Of a stretch of 64,000 nt of DNA, positions 36,401-48,400 are shown in pieces. The DNA comes from Klebsormidium nitens (lineage: Eukaryota > Plantae > Klebsormidiophyceae): the NCBI GenBank assembly GCA_000708835.1, contig DF237333.1, positions 1 through 64,000 on the forward strand, in the 5' to 3' direction. A program made the translations under genes and the position numbers. The notes under the pieces were generated by a model. The model searched no databases and was not told the DNA's origin. It saw only the letters and a program-made list of their open reading frames with translations. How positions within the stretch are numbered: position 1 is the stretch's first letter; each line of letters begins with the position of its first letter.

Positions 36401-39400
36401 AGAAAGGGCCGCCCGAAAGAGTTAGGCCCGTAACGTTCTCAGGCCTTACCCTTGTGCTCGTCGAAGAAGTGGCGCGTGATGATCCAGTCGATGAGGGCGT
36501 CGCCCAGGAACTCGAGGCGCTGGTAGCACGCCACGTGGCTGCTCTCCATGTACGACGGGTGGGTCATCGCCTCCAGCAGCAGCGACATGCGCTTGAACCT
36601 GAGAGGGACGAGCGCACTGCTCTCTTACACCATTCCACAGAAGCACTTTCAAATGTTGGTTGCCAGCACGAAGAAAGTGGTTGTAGTGGTTGCGCGGCAT
36701 GAGATAGGATATGTCCTCATCTCCTCACAGCAAAGTATTTGCAGCTGTTGGCCAGAGCGTCGTTCGTCGAACTCTGCGCCAAAGTCTGTCGTTACTATTA
36801 GACCGGCAACTGTGAGAAACATAAGAACGCTTTTCGATCCTCCTATTGTGGTTTCTGAATGCTCACGAAGCGTCGCTCCTTCGCCGTCCGTCCAACTGCA
36901 ACCACGCACCAAGAGTCGCAACACAGACACCTGGTAACAGGACCAACAAAACCTAAGTATTGTTTAACTGCCCACCTGTATCCGATGGTCTCCTCTAGGT
37001 TTTCCAGCCCCGCGCGGCGCGCCTCGACCGCCGTCGCCTCCGGCGGCGCGCGCGCGCGCACGTCCAGCAGCCCCTGGTAGGGCGGGCTCTCGGTGATATT
37101 CCCCGGGGGAAGGTCCACCGGAATCCCCATGTAGCGCATGAAGTCCTCCGCGGCCGCGGGACCGCCCTCCACGTGGTGCACTCCGATCAGGGCTTCCACC
37201 ATGTCCGCCAGAAGTTTCCGGCCGAGCACCTGCGGCGNNNNNNNNNNNNNNNNNNNNNNNNNNNNNNNNNNNNNNNNNNNNNNNNNNNNNNNNNNNNNNN
37301 NNNNNNNNNNNNNNNNNNNNNNNNNNNNNNNNNNNNNNNNNNNNNNNNNNNNNNNNNNNNNNNNNNNNNNNNNNNNNNNNNNNNNNNNNNNNNNNNNNNN
37401 NNNNNNNNNNNNNNNNNNNNNNNNNNNNNNNNNNNNNNNNNNNNNNNNNNNNNNNNNNNNNNNNNNNNNNNNNNNNNNNNNNNNNNNNNNNNNNNNNNNN
37501 NNNNNNNNNNNNNNNNNNNNNNNNNNNNNNNNNNNNNNNNNNNNNNNNNNNNNNNNNNNNNNNNNNNNNNNNNNNNNNNNNNNNNNNNNNNNNNNNNNNN
37601 NNNNNNNNNNNNNNNNNNNNNNNNNNNNNNNNNNNNNNNNNNNNNNNNNNNNNNNNNNNNNNNNNNNNNNNNNNNNNNNNNNNNNNNNNNNNNNNNNNNN
37701 NNNNNNNNNNNNNNNNNNNNNNNNNNNNNNNNNNNNNNNNNNNNNNNNNNNNNNNNNNNNNNNNNNNNNNNNNNNNNNNNNNNNNNNNNNNNNNNNNNNN
37801 NNNNNNNNNNNNNNNNNNNNNNNNNNNNNNNNNNNNNNNNNNNNNNNNNNNNNNNNNNNNNNNNNNNNNNNNNNNNNNNNNNNNNNNNNNNNNNNNNNNN
37901 NNNNNGGAGGTTCAAACTTATTCGCTGCCGCGGGGCCGCCCTCCACGTGGTGCACTCCGATCAGGGCTTCCACCAGGTCCGCTAGAATTTCTGGCCCAGA
38001 ACCTGCGGCGGAACGGAAGGAAGTGGAATGGAATCGGGGCAAGACGTGAAGTTGCCTCGGCCGCGGGCCGCCTTCCACGTGGTGCACCCCGAGTAGGGCT
38101 TCCACCTTGTCCGCTAGAAGTTTCCGGCCGATCACCTGTGGCGGAACGGAACGAAGCGAAATGGAAACCAGGTGCGGAGAGAAACAGCGCCGTGTGCATG
38201 CAGTTCGATGAATCTGGAAGACCTCGACTAAGGACGTTCAAGAAGATTTTGAAGCTTTTGGCTGGAGAAGGATCTAGTTTCCGATGAAACGCAGTGACGT
38301 CTGCTCCGAATAAGGCGTCAAAGCGCTTGCCTGGCCCCCCAGAATGAAGTCTCCGAATCCCTCCCTCTGCTCCTCCCCCTTAGCCGCGCCGCCGGCCGCC
38401 TTGCCAGCCGTCCCCCCAAACCCCTGGCGGCTGTTGAGCCGCGCGCGACCGACCGCGGCCCTCCTCGCGCCGCCGAAACTCTGCCCTCCGCTGCTCCGAC
38501 TGCTCTCTCGTGCTTTTGGCTCAGTTTCCGGTGCCTTTGGACTCTTCTCCGATTTGTCTTGTTCCTCCGATTCGACCTTTTTCTCGGCGACGTTCTCAAC
38601 ATTTCCAGCCCCCACGTTGGCCGGGCTGAAGGCCTCGTTCACGCACCGCGTTCCTCCGGTTGCCGAATTAACCGAGCGGTCGCCTGTCTCTCCCGTGCCC
38701 TCTTCGGCTATCGTTTCGAGCCCGGTTGCCTTCCCCTTGGGAGCGCTCACGGCGACCGGGAACTTGGCATCGTAAGCACTGCTGGCCGCTCCCTCCTCTT
38801 CTCCGGTCGCCCCTTCCTCGTTTGCCTCTGCTTCCTCCTCGTTTTCCTCGTCCCCTTCTTCCTCCGATTCACTCCCCTCTTCGTCAACCTCTTCCTGACC
38901 TTCTTCTCCAACCCCTTCTAGACCCTCTTCCTCTTCGCTGCTCAGCTCTGCCTCCTCGATCGCGGCCTCATACTCATTCCGCGCGACACGTGCCTCGTCC
39001 TCAGCGCCGCCACGTGTCTCCTCTCCCCTGCGGGCGGCTGCCGCATCGTCCGGGTTTGCCACTGAGATCTTCTCTGTGTCCATACCCACTTTCTTGCCAT
39101 CAGAACTAACCGGCAAGCTTCTTGATTCCGCACCCGCTTTTACTACCGCCTTCGCTTGAAGTTGCGTCTCTTCTTGCTTCTGCTTCCCGTTCCCGCCCAA
39201 ATCCGGCCGCTCTTCATCGCCATTTTTACCAACCAGTACTTTTACCGTCTTCCCGTCGCTTCCGTCCTTCCTTTTCTTCGCATCCGACTCCGATTCCGTA
39301 CTTTGCTCCTCCCCATTCTTCCTCTTCTTCTCGTTCTCCGCTAGGATCTCCTTACTCGCCGCGGTTTCCCCACTCGCAGCAGTTTCTCCCACTCCATCTT

Positions 39401-42400
39401 TCTCCCCCACCTTCGGGACGCCGCTGGTCGTCTCGCTCCCCGCCGCGCGCGCGCGCGCCGCGGCCGCCTCCTCGCGCATCTTCTGCCACTTCTTGTACCG
39501 CGGCACGCGCTTCTTCTTCTCGCGCTTCGGCTTCCCGCGCGGCGGTGCGCGCCCGGCCGCGTGCCAGTTGCGCAGGTCGAACGCGCGCGTCAGCAGGAAC
39601 CCCTGCAAACCCCGCTCGAGCGCGCGCGCGTACAGCGCGTCGTTGGAAACCGTTGTATCGAACGTGGCGGTCAGCCAGCCCTCGTGCTGTTCTGGATGCG
39701 CGAAAAAGAGGTGGCGCCGTACAGCGAATTTGAGGTACGCGTCGCCCAGCATCTCCAGCCGCTCGTAGCTGTAGCCGGCCGCGCACGAGGTCGCCGTCAG
39801 GGCCTCCAGGATCTGCCACGTGGCACGCGGAGAGGTGTCTTGGCTGGTTTTCGTGCAGTCGTTTCAAGCAGCTTTGCGGACCGCTGGAAGGTTCAACGTC
39901 ACTCGCCCGGTCTTAAGAGCCTTCTACCAACCACGCTAACCACCCACAAAGAACTATCTTCTGTCGGGAAGGAGTTCACATAAGGCCTGCGCATACGTTA
40001 GCATCAACCGAAATGACGTTTATCTGCACCTGTTTCTGGTTTGGTCAGAATCTAACACTTGCCCGGGACAGCTCTTAGCCTCAACTCAAATCTGTCCGAT
40101 ATCTTCTGTCCCTTAAATCTCCAATGGCCCAATGGTGGCATGCACGCTGCTCCTCACCCTGCGCCGCAGCTTACCTGGACACGTCCGCGACAGCTCTTTT
40201 TAAATACCAGCTTTTTCCAATCCGCCCAAAACTTTTCCTTACAACCTTACGTGAGTTTTCTGTTGAAACCTTGATCCTCAACCGCCACCTTGGTGGCGTG
40301 CATGTTGCAACCCCGCCTTACGCCGAACTTCTTGATTTAGGTTTGCCCGAGACCCGTCTTTTCTCCTCCTACACTTCTTAAATCAATAGTTGAAACTAAA
40401 CTCAAATTTGAATGTTTTAAGTCACACCTTGGTGGCGTGCACGTTGCTCCCCGCCTTGCGCCGCAGCTTCTCCGCGAGCAGCACCTCCTCCAGGCGGTGC
40501 AGGAAGCTGGGCAGCCGCTGCGCGCCGCGGTGCGCGCGCGCGGACGAGCGTGCGCGCACCACGCACAGCTCCGCGGGGACTTCCAGCAGCCGCCGGCTCT
40601 CCTTGTCGGCGGCCGCGTCGAGCTTCTCTTCCTCCGCTTCCTGACATGGGCAGAAAAGAGCAGCAAGGAATGATGAGACGGCTGTTCGGTTTCTGCAGAG
40701 TGTTGTGTCTGGCGTTCTTGGTGTTCACTACCTTAGGCAGAAGTTAAACCTGGCCCCAAAAATGGAGACAAGGGGGGTAGACAGTCCTCCACAACGCTAA
40801 TGTGTCTGCTGGTGCTCGGTCTCATTCGAGATTCCCGTCTCTTCAGTTTATGACCGGCTAGCGCTTTACAGACACCTCAGCCATGGTGGATGGATGTTTA
40901 AATCGTGTTTAAAGGTCAAAGAGGCCTGGAACACTTTCAATCAGAGACAGTCAGCGGGAACAATCAGCTTTAAACCCCCCGTTGTAGAAATAGCAGTTCT
41001 TTGAACTGAGTTACCCTACCTGCTCGCTAGTGATCTCCTCTTTTTTCTCAAGCTTCGGCTTCAGCAGCGCGGCCGCCTCTGCGACGGCCTGACCCTCGTC
41101 GTAGGCCTCCTCCCGTTCCGAACCGCCGTCCGGACCATCTCCCGGGCACTCTGCTCGCGTATCATCAGCGGCCGGGGCGCTTGTCCGGGGACCGGTTTCT
41201 TCTGCCGGGGGCACGTTTGGTTTGACTGGAGAGAAAGGAAAGGCAACTTCCATTTTTAAATCGTTACTTTTGACATGCTTGCTTTCGTTTAGCACGAGCA
41301 GGGGAGTCGAGGATGCTGTCGAGACTTCATATTTTTGAGAGGGTGAGACCCGATTGAAACAATTATCTTTGTTTTGAACGCTGTTGCTCACCGTTTCGGG
41401 GCACGCCCCAGAGAATGATCTCGGATTCGCTCAGACAACAAAGGTTGTCTTGAACACATAGGGCACGGAACGTCAGCGGTTTTGAATGATCTACTAGAAG
41501 TGACCAGTTCTCAGGTCTCCGTGCAAGACTTCAACAAGACTCTCTAGTAGAACTTTCTTCATTCAGTGACTCCCACGATGAAACGTTCACAAAGGTGCTT
41601 GGGACAACTCATCGAGGTCCTGTGGAGCCCACTCATCGGAAGGTAAATCTGAATATGAAGGGGACTGAAACCTGGCAAAAACGACGTGTGTAACAAAACT
41701 GATCACCACTAAATTAAGTCTCCGCAAGATCCTCAAAAATACGGTGTCGAAACCTCACCAAAAGTCCTGCGGCGCCCACTTGGCAAACGGTTATACGGAT
41801 CTGAGAGGGTACTGAAACTCAGCGGAAAGGACGTCAGTCACAAATCTGATCACTATATTCCAAGTCTCCGTATAAGCTCCAAACATACGCTGTAGAAAGC
41901 TCACCGAGGTCCTGCGGCGCCCACTTGTAGGGGTCCCGGTGTGGGTTGAGCAGGCCCCGGGCGCGCTTCAGCGGCTTGCACTGTAACAGGGGCTGACGCG
42001 GATACGACATGGCCAGCTTGCGCCTGCGCGGGTTCGTAAGTTGCGTGAGAGTCGTTTGTAAGCCGAAGGAAATAGAAGAGATGCTTTCTATCATCAGATT
42101 TAAGAAATTGGTTCGATGACTTGGGTCGGAAGCCTCATATTACATAGCCTCGAGACGACACAAACGCAAGGATGAACGTGGTGGAGGAGATGAAGTAAGG
42201 AGCACTATACACGTGCTTGCCAAGTGTCTTCCCTGAAAATGAAGAGTCGTTTAAAAAAAGCCTTAGCCGCTTTCCGGCAACGGCGCCCTCCCTCTGGGAG
42301 ATGTACCATCACAAGGAAGCAACGTTTATTTGTACCAGCCAGTCAGTTCAAACTGATCTCATTGATCTCTTTTTGTTGAAAAGTCTCGCTTCTTCACCGC

Positions 42401-45400
42401 CGGATACAGTTGATACCTAACCAGAACTTTCTACCCAGCTGCATTACGAAGGACTTTGTAAGCCGGAACTTCCTGCCGACCCACTCACCTGGTGCGGTAG
42501 TACTCCGAGAAGGTCGTCCACTTGCGCCGCTCCTCCCGGTGCCGGTAGATGAACGGACTGTCCAAGCAGGTGTCCGTTAACACCCGGTACAGCCGGTAAT
42601 CTTTCTTGGTGTGAATAGCCGTCACCATCGTCTCCCCCTCCCTCAGTTCGGACACGTCCACCAGACCGTCCGCAGTCATCAGCTGTCCGGGAGCGACCCA
42701 CTCTATTCGCACCGAAGATTCCTTCTCCTCTCTTTCTGGCTCTTTCGCCTTTTCGGTGCCAGCGGAAAAGACAAACGGCGCGGGGGTTCCGCTCTCGCTT
42801 TGCACGGAAGCTTCCTCTTTCAGACGGTCGCGCAATTCCTGGCTGTCCGAAACCCCCAAACCCTCGCCCTCCGCGAGCGGCGTCGGCTCTTTCGCCGGCC
42901 GGATCGCGTCATTCACAACCGCCCAATCGATCTCCACGCCCGTCTCGTCCCCCTTATTCCCACCCGACCCTTCAGCGGGCAAATCGCTGGTGTGAACGGC
43001 CTCGGTCGCCGTTTTGGGCGGAGTTCTTTCCCTGAGCGGCAGCACGAGGTAGGCCTTTTCGGGCGACCAGTACGGCTCGACGGGCGGCGTCACGTGCTCC
43101 CAGTCCAGCACCCAGCCCATCAGCTTCACGTGGTACTGACGGGCTGCCTCCAACTGCACCGCCAGAAATTGGTCAGAGATATGGTCAAAGAGATATGGTC
43201 AAAGAGATATGGTCAAAGAGATATGGTCAGAGATAGAAAATTTGCAGCGAACAGATTGAACCGTGGAGTGTCTTGGAAATGGAAGGAGCTCATAAGTGAG
43301 AGCTTGGTGAAGAACAGCAAACAGGTTAGGCCCCAGGTATTGTCGGTTGTAAAAGGTGCAAGTGATTGGTAACAATTCTTCAACAATAGCATTCTGACAA
43401 GCTATCTACCCTGATAGAACACCGCGACCGGCGCATGCTTTATAGAAGTCGATTGCTCACCTTTCTAACACTCAAATCTTGACAACAGAAAACCACGTAA
43501 GCAAGAGAATTCCACAGCAAACAAGCAGCCCACTGCTTACATCAAGAAGCGGCAAAGCGGTGCCAACTCTTATTAAGTGTCCCACACCTGGAGTCTCCAT
43601 CTCTTAGACAGGTCCAGTTTATAGGTCCTTACCTGGCTCTTGCTCAAGTATTTACGACCGCCAAACCCTAGGTTCCCCCACACAGTCTCCACATCCTCCC
43701 CCCTCGGCATATATAGTTCCACGCTCATCGGCAAAATCGTGTCCAGGTTCTTTTCCGTCACCAGCACGAATCCGCCGGCATCCGCTTCCTCTGGATCGCC
43801 CCCCTCGCCGGACCGGAACGTGATCGAGTACGAGTGCACCGCGATCGTGTCGGGTCCCCGCAGACCCCGGGCAGAAATCGTTCCGCTTGGCTCTTCCGCT
43901 TCCGTGTGGCCCAGTCCTCCAGAACCAGCGGGCTTAGAATGAGCGAATTGTCCCTCCTCGTCTTTTTCAGCGGGGACCGTTTCTATTTCTGTAACTGCAA
44001 ATCCTTTCTTTACGGCGTCGTTCTTGAGGGAAGTCTCTGTCTCTTGCTCTCCCCCGGTGCTACGAACCGGTTCCTCCAAAAGCGCTTTCCGCGCGTTGAT
44101 ACCACTTTCTGCTTCCGGCGTTTCCGCTCGGGGCGGAACACCGGGCGCTGCTTTCTCGTCTTCAGCCAAGCTGGCCTTGAGCTGCATCAGGATCCGTTCA
44201 GTCTCCTCCTTTCCGTTCCGTTCAAAGACCGGAATGACGACCCCAAGCGCCTGCACTCCCCAGTCGGTCCCCCAGGTTACCTCAAACAAACCGACTTTCT
44301 TAACCTCCAATTTCGGCTCCTCTCTCTGCGCCGAGATGACTTCCGCTTCCGCTCTGCTCTCCGGCGTTCCGCTCCTGCTTTCCGTCGTTCTGCTGGAGGA
44401 AGATTCCGGCGAATTCCGGGGCATGCTCTGGCCGAGCCACTTTCCGTGCAGCAGCGTGGGGCGCTCTTCGTCGTAGACTGGCAGGTTGGGCTTGGGGGCG
44501 GGGTAATGCCAGCGGGTGAAGCGGAACGGGCGCCGCGCCGGAATCTCCTGAGCGGAACGAGGGAACCCAGTGTGAACATACCAATGGCAGTTGTGACATT
44601 AGCGAAGCGCGGGAGAAAGAGATATTTGACGCTATAGGGAGCATCCAAAAGATGAGACTCACGTTGGATTCTCTTCATCGAAATACTCCCGTCAAGAAAT
44701 CCTGGCTTGCTCTTTCTTGAAGGTTCGAGGTTTCCACTGCGGTCTATTAAGGTTTGTGTTTCAAAGCCAAACCAGAGTCGCAGTTAGGACAGGCGATGTG
44801 GCTTCTGCGGGTGAATATATAATACCTGAACCTTACCAGAGATAAGCACACTTTGAATCTTAGTAGTGGACGTTATCATCTGAAAACCAGATGAGCGTTC
44901 ACTGATCGTCTCCAAAGACTGTGTGCCAATTGATTGACAAAGTTGGCAGAACTGCGCAATCAAAGGTAAAGCGCGTGCCTTACAACTTGGCTCAGAGAGC
45001 GAGTGCTCATGTTTGCTGGATCAATATCCAGCGGTCACAACACTCGTTACTGCCCCACATTGGAATGGATTCGGAAGAAAAGCTTACGGCTTGTACAGGG
45101 TTCAGATTGGCTGCTAGCAGAAACAAAGGACTTCTTCTTATGCTCATTGAGCTCGAATGTCGCATGAACGCAAGAACTATAGCAAAGCGCTCGAAACAGA
45201 TAATCACCGATGCCCGGAACGGCAAGGTACGAGATTCCGCGAAGGAAACGGAAAGGTCCATCACGCCTGTCGCAATAATCCCGCAGCTTCTGTTCGGGTA
45301 GAAAATGCTGTTCGACTTCAAAACGTTGAGTCGACTTGGCCTTTGCCTATGCCGGAAATTCGTTGCAAAGACCGAGGCTTAAGAGCAAGGGATACGAATG

Positions 45401-48400
45401 GCACTGAGGACTCTGTGACTGTTCCCCGTTTGTTGCTCATCATTGCCGCTTTTCTTGCACGTCGAGAACATGTTGCAGTGGGCCCGATTACGTGAATTAG
45501 ATGGTCGTGACATTGATTGTCGGGCTACTCAGAAAGTGCTAAGAAGGGCAGCCGTGCGCTGTTTGAATACGGAACAGAATCAGATGTCTTGACAGCGGCA
45601 ATGAGCAGATGCGGTCTGCCGTGCGTTTTCTTGGAGCGCACTGTGGATTCAAAACGCGCCAACTCGACAAACTCGGAACGATATGGAGTCTGGTTTAAAG
45701 TACGGTAAGCCAAGTCTGAGCAAGCGTTAATGCAGGACTTAGGTTCAGATGAATGTTTTTGGTTTGGATTTGTCACGCAAAGATCTGCCACAAATCACTC
45801 AATGTCGAGACGAGGGGAAAGCAAGCTATTGCTCAAGAAAATTCTCAGATGTGTTCAAACCAAATGGGAAAGGTACACTCAATGATTAAAACCTGGCGGG
45901 ACAAGACAAAGGCTTCTCGTGCTTTTGAAAGTCCCCACGCTGCTGCAAAGGGCATCCAACCTCCAGTCAATCTTCACAATGGGCAGCAATCTGGTTGAAA
46001 CCTTCGGGATAAGCAGCGGAAGCGAAAATCGCAAAATAATTCAAGGCCCAAAGTAGCTGACAAATACTACTCCAGAGCTAGTTTGCTGAACTCGCGGCTC
46101 TGTAAGAAACTGTGCCATCATTTGCTCAATGTTCTTGGGAAGCCTTCACTCCCAGCAGTTTCACATCATGACCGCAAAGCGAGAGCTACAGTGGGCTCGT
46201 CATGAAACTAGAAATCAGTAAGTACATGCATCATTGGGCTCACAATATTGGCACCCTGAGTGGCACGCGGAAGTTTGAAAACGGGCAGCCAAGAAGCTTG
46301 TACTAGCCATCTGCTCGGAGCAAAATATCAGCTCATTGCAACACGTCCGGCTCAGTCGATGCACTCAAGTGATGCTGTGCCCTTTTGAAACAGAAGGCGG
46401 CCAAAGGAGGATTGAGTGCCGTTACATCAAGGCCAGACTGGAACCCCGCACTCTAAAGTCCTTCAAAAGACAGTGCAGACAGATCCGAAGAGCTCAGCCT
46501 GTGGTCCTGCCGGGCTCGAAGAGCAGCACCTCACTGCTGCCGGTACGCGGTCCAGTCAGCAGGCGCATCACTCATTTTTGCCCCAAACCTTGCAGAGGCT
46601 CAACTGGTATGTCTACAAGATTCTGTTGAGGAACCGTTCAGTTTCCAACTCGCGCGGTTTTTATCGAGGTCCACGTCATGAACTATACTTGATCGCATTC
46701 CTCACAACGTGTCCGTAACAAGTCAATGTAAACACCCATTCCCTTTGCGGCTCTGAGGCAATGCTGGGAAGTGATGGATCGCTAGGCTTGTTTCAAGCGA
46801 TCGCCGTCATCCTGGCCGCCGCGACTTTGACCAAGACCGCAAGAAAGAAGTGCAGAATGAGCTCTTAATTCAAGGCTAGTTGCATGCTTCCAGGCGGAGC
46901 GGTTCGCTGGAATGCACCATGAACGGGGCTATACTGAACACTCCTACCTTGTGCTCTCTCTTCCACGCCAAGAACATGATTGTGAACAGCGCAAAGCGTT
47001 CTGTGGTGCGTGACAATGCCACTGCTCAGCCCAGCCAGACTTGGAAGGCTTTGAACTTCAGCGTGAAAGTAACGTCCAGAATACCGCAATAGCAGATCGC
47101 GATTCACGACAACCTGCTGCCTTTTACGCAGGAAGCCAAATGATATTTTGAATTTCGAACTTTTGACGAAAACACTAATCCCGCCTGCGTTCAAAACTGC
47201 GAAAAGCGCAAAAGCGAGGCAAGGAATGGTAATCGTACTTGCCTAACCTCTTCCTCCAAGATCTGGAAAACGTGATTGATTTTACCCAGTTGACCTGGCT
47301 TTCCACGGTAACATTAGCCAGCTTCTAGAACCCAAAAACAAGCTATACATTTACAGGGCCTCACCTCGTCCTCCATCTTGGTACTGGGCAGCAGCCGGTC
47401 GGTGAGGGCCCTGTATTTGTGCAGCTGCCGGATCGCCTCCATCGCGGCCGCGCGCTTCGCCTCCGGCCGCGACGCGCGCGCGGGGCCTTCCACCGTGCGG
47501 ATGCGCGCGTTGATGGGCAGGGTGATGGTGCACGAGAAGCGCCCGGGGGATCCCTCGGGGAACTCGAACAGGGGGCGCAGGACGGTGAACCTGGCGGGGA
47601 GGAACTGCGCGTTAGAGTAGCAGTCAGGCGCCTGATGCGAGAAAGGACTCTGCGCAAATGTCCAGTTGAACTTCTCTTCTCAAGGAAAGAACAACACCTA
47701 AAGATGCTTCGGACTAATTCAAAAGCTGCTGACTTCACAAATGAGATGAGAGCAAGGCAAGGAGCCAGACAAATGGAGAGGGCGGGCTCATGAAGTGATC
47801 AAAGCGACCAAGCTATCCGTAGATAAGAAGGAAAGCTGTGCAAAAATGGATACGAAGATTGTGCGACGGGTTTACAAAGGCGCTACCTTAGAGGCACTTT
47901 AAAGAAGGAAATAGGCCACAGGTTGGAAGTTTTTCGGCAAGACAAACCCAAACACAGCTGTTGCAATCGGCTGACTGATACACCAGCCCGAAGCTTGATA
48001 TTCCGAAGAAAGAAACATCCCGTACTTTTCAACAGATTTTCAGTCGACTCTCATTACACTTACTGGTCTCCCGGCAGCTTGGCGCAGTAGCGGTGCAGCA
48101 GCCCGACCGCGGAGTCGCTGCTCGCGCGCGCTCCGGTTCCGTCCACGACGTACACTTCCGGTTCCGCTTCCGGCGCCTCCAGGCAGCTCTCGATGTCCTC
48201 CCGCGCCATCCGGTCCTCCGCCTGCTGCCGCATTAGGGCCTCGCTGGCTTGAATGGCCACCAGCATCGCCTCTTGCGCGTCGTTGTGCCTGCGCAAAACA
48301 GGGCCTCTCGGGGTGATCCTTCTGGTGACCCGTTATAGAGCACGGGGCGGAGAGGAAGCGGTTTGCCTACGTCGTAAGTCTCTCTGATAAAGTCTGCTCT

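Noticed and set aside
37138-38049. Long ORFs of 242-430 aa around the gap
   Set aside because: Their length is an artefact of translating 668 N as X.
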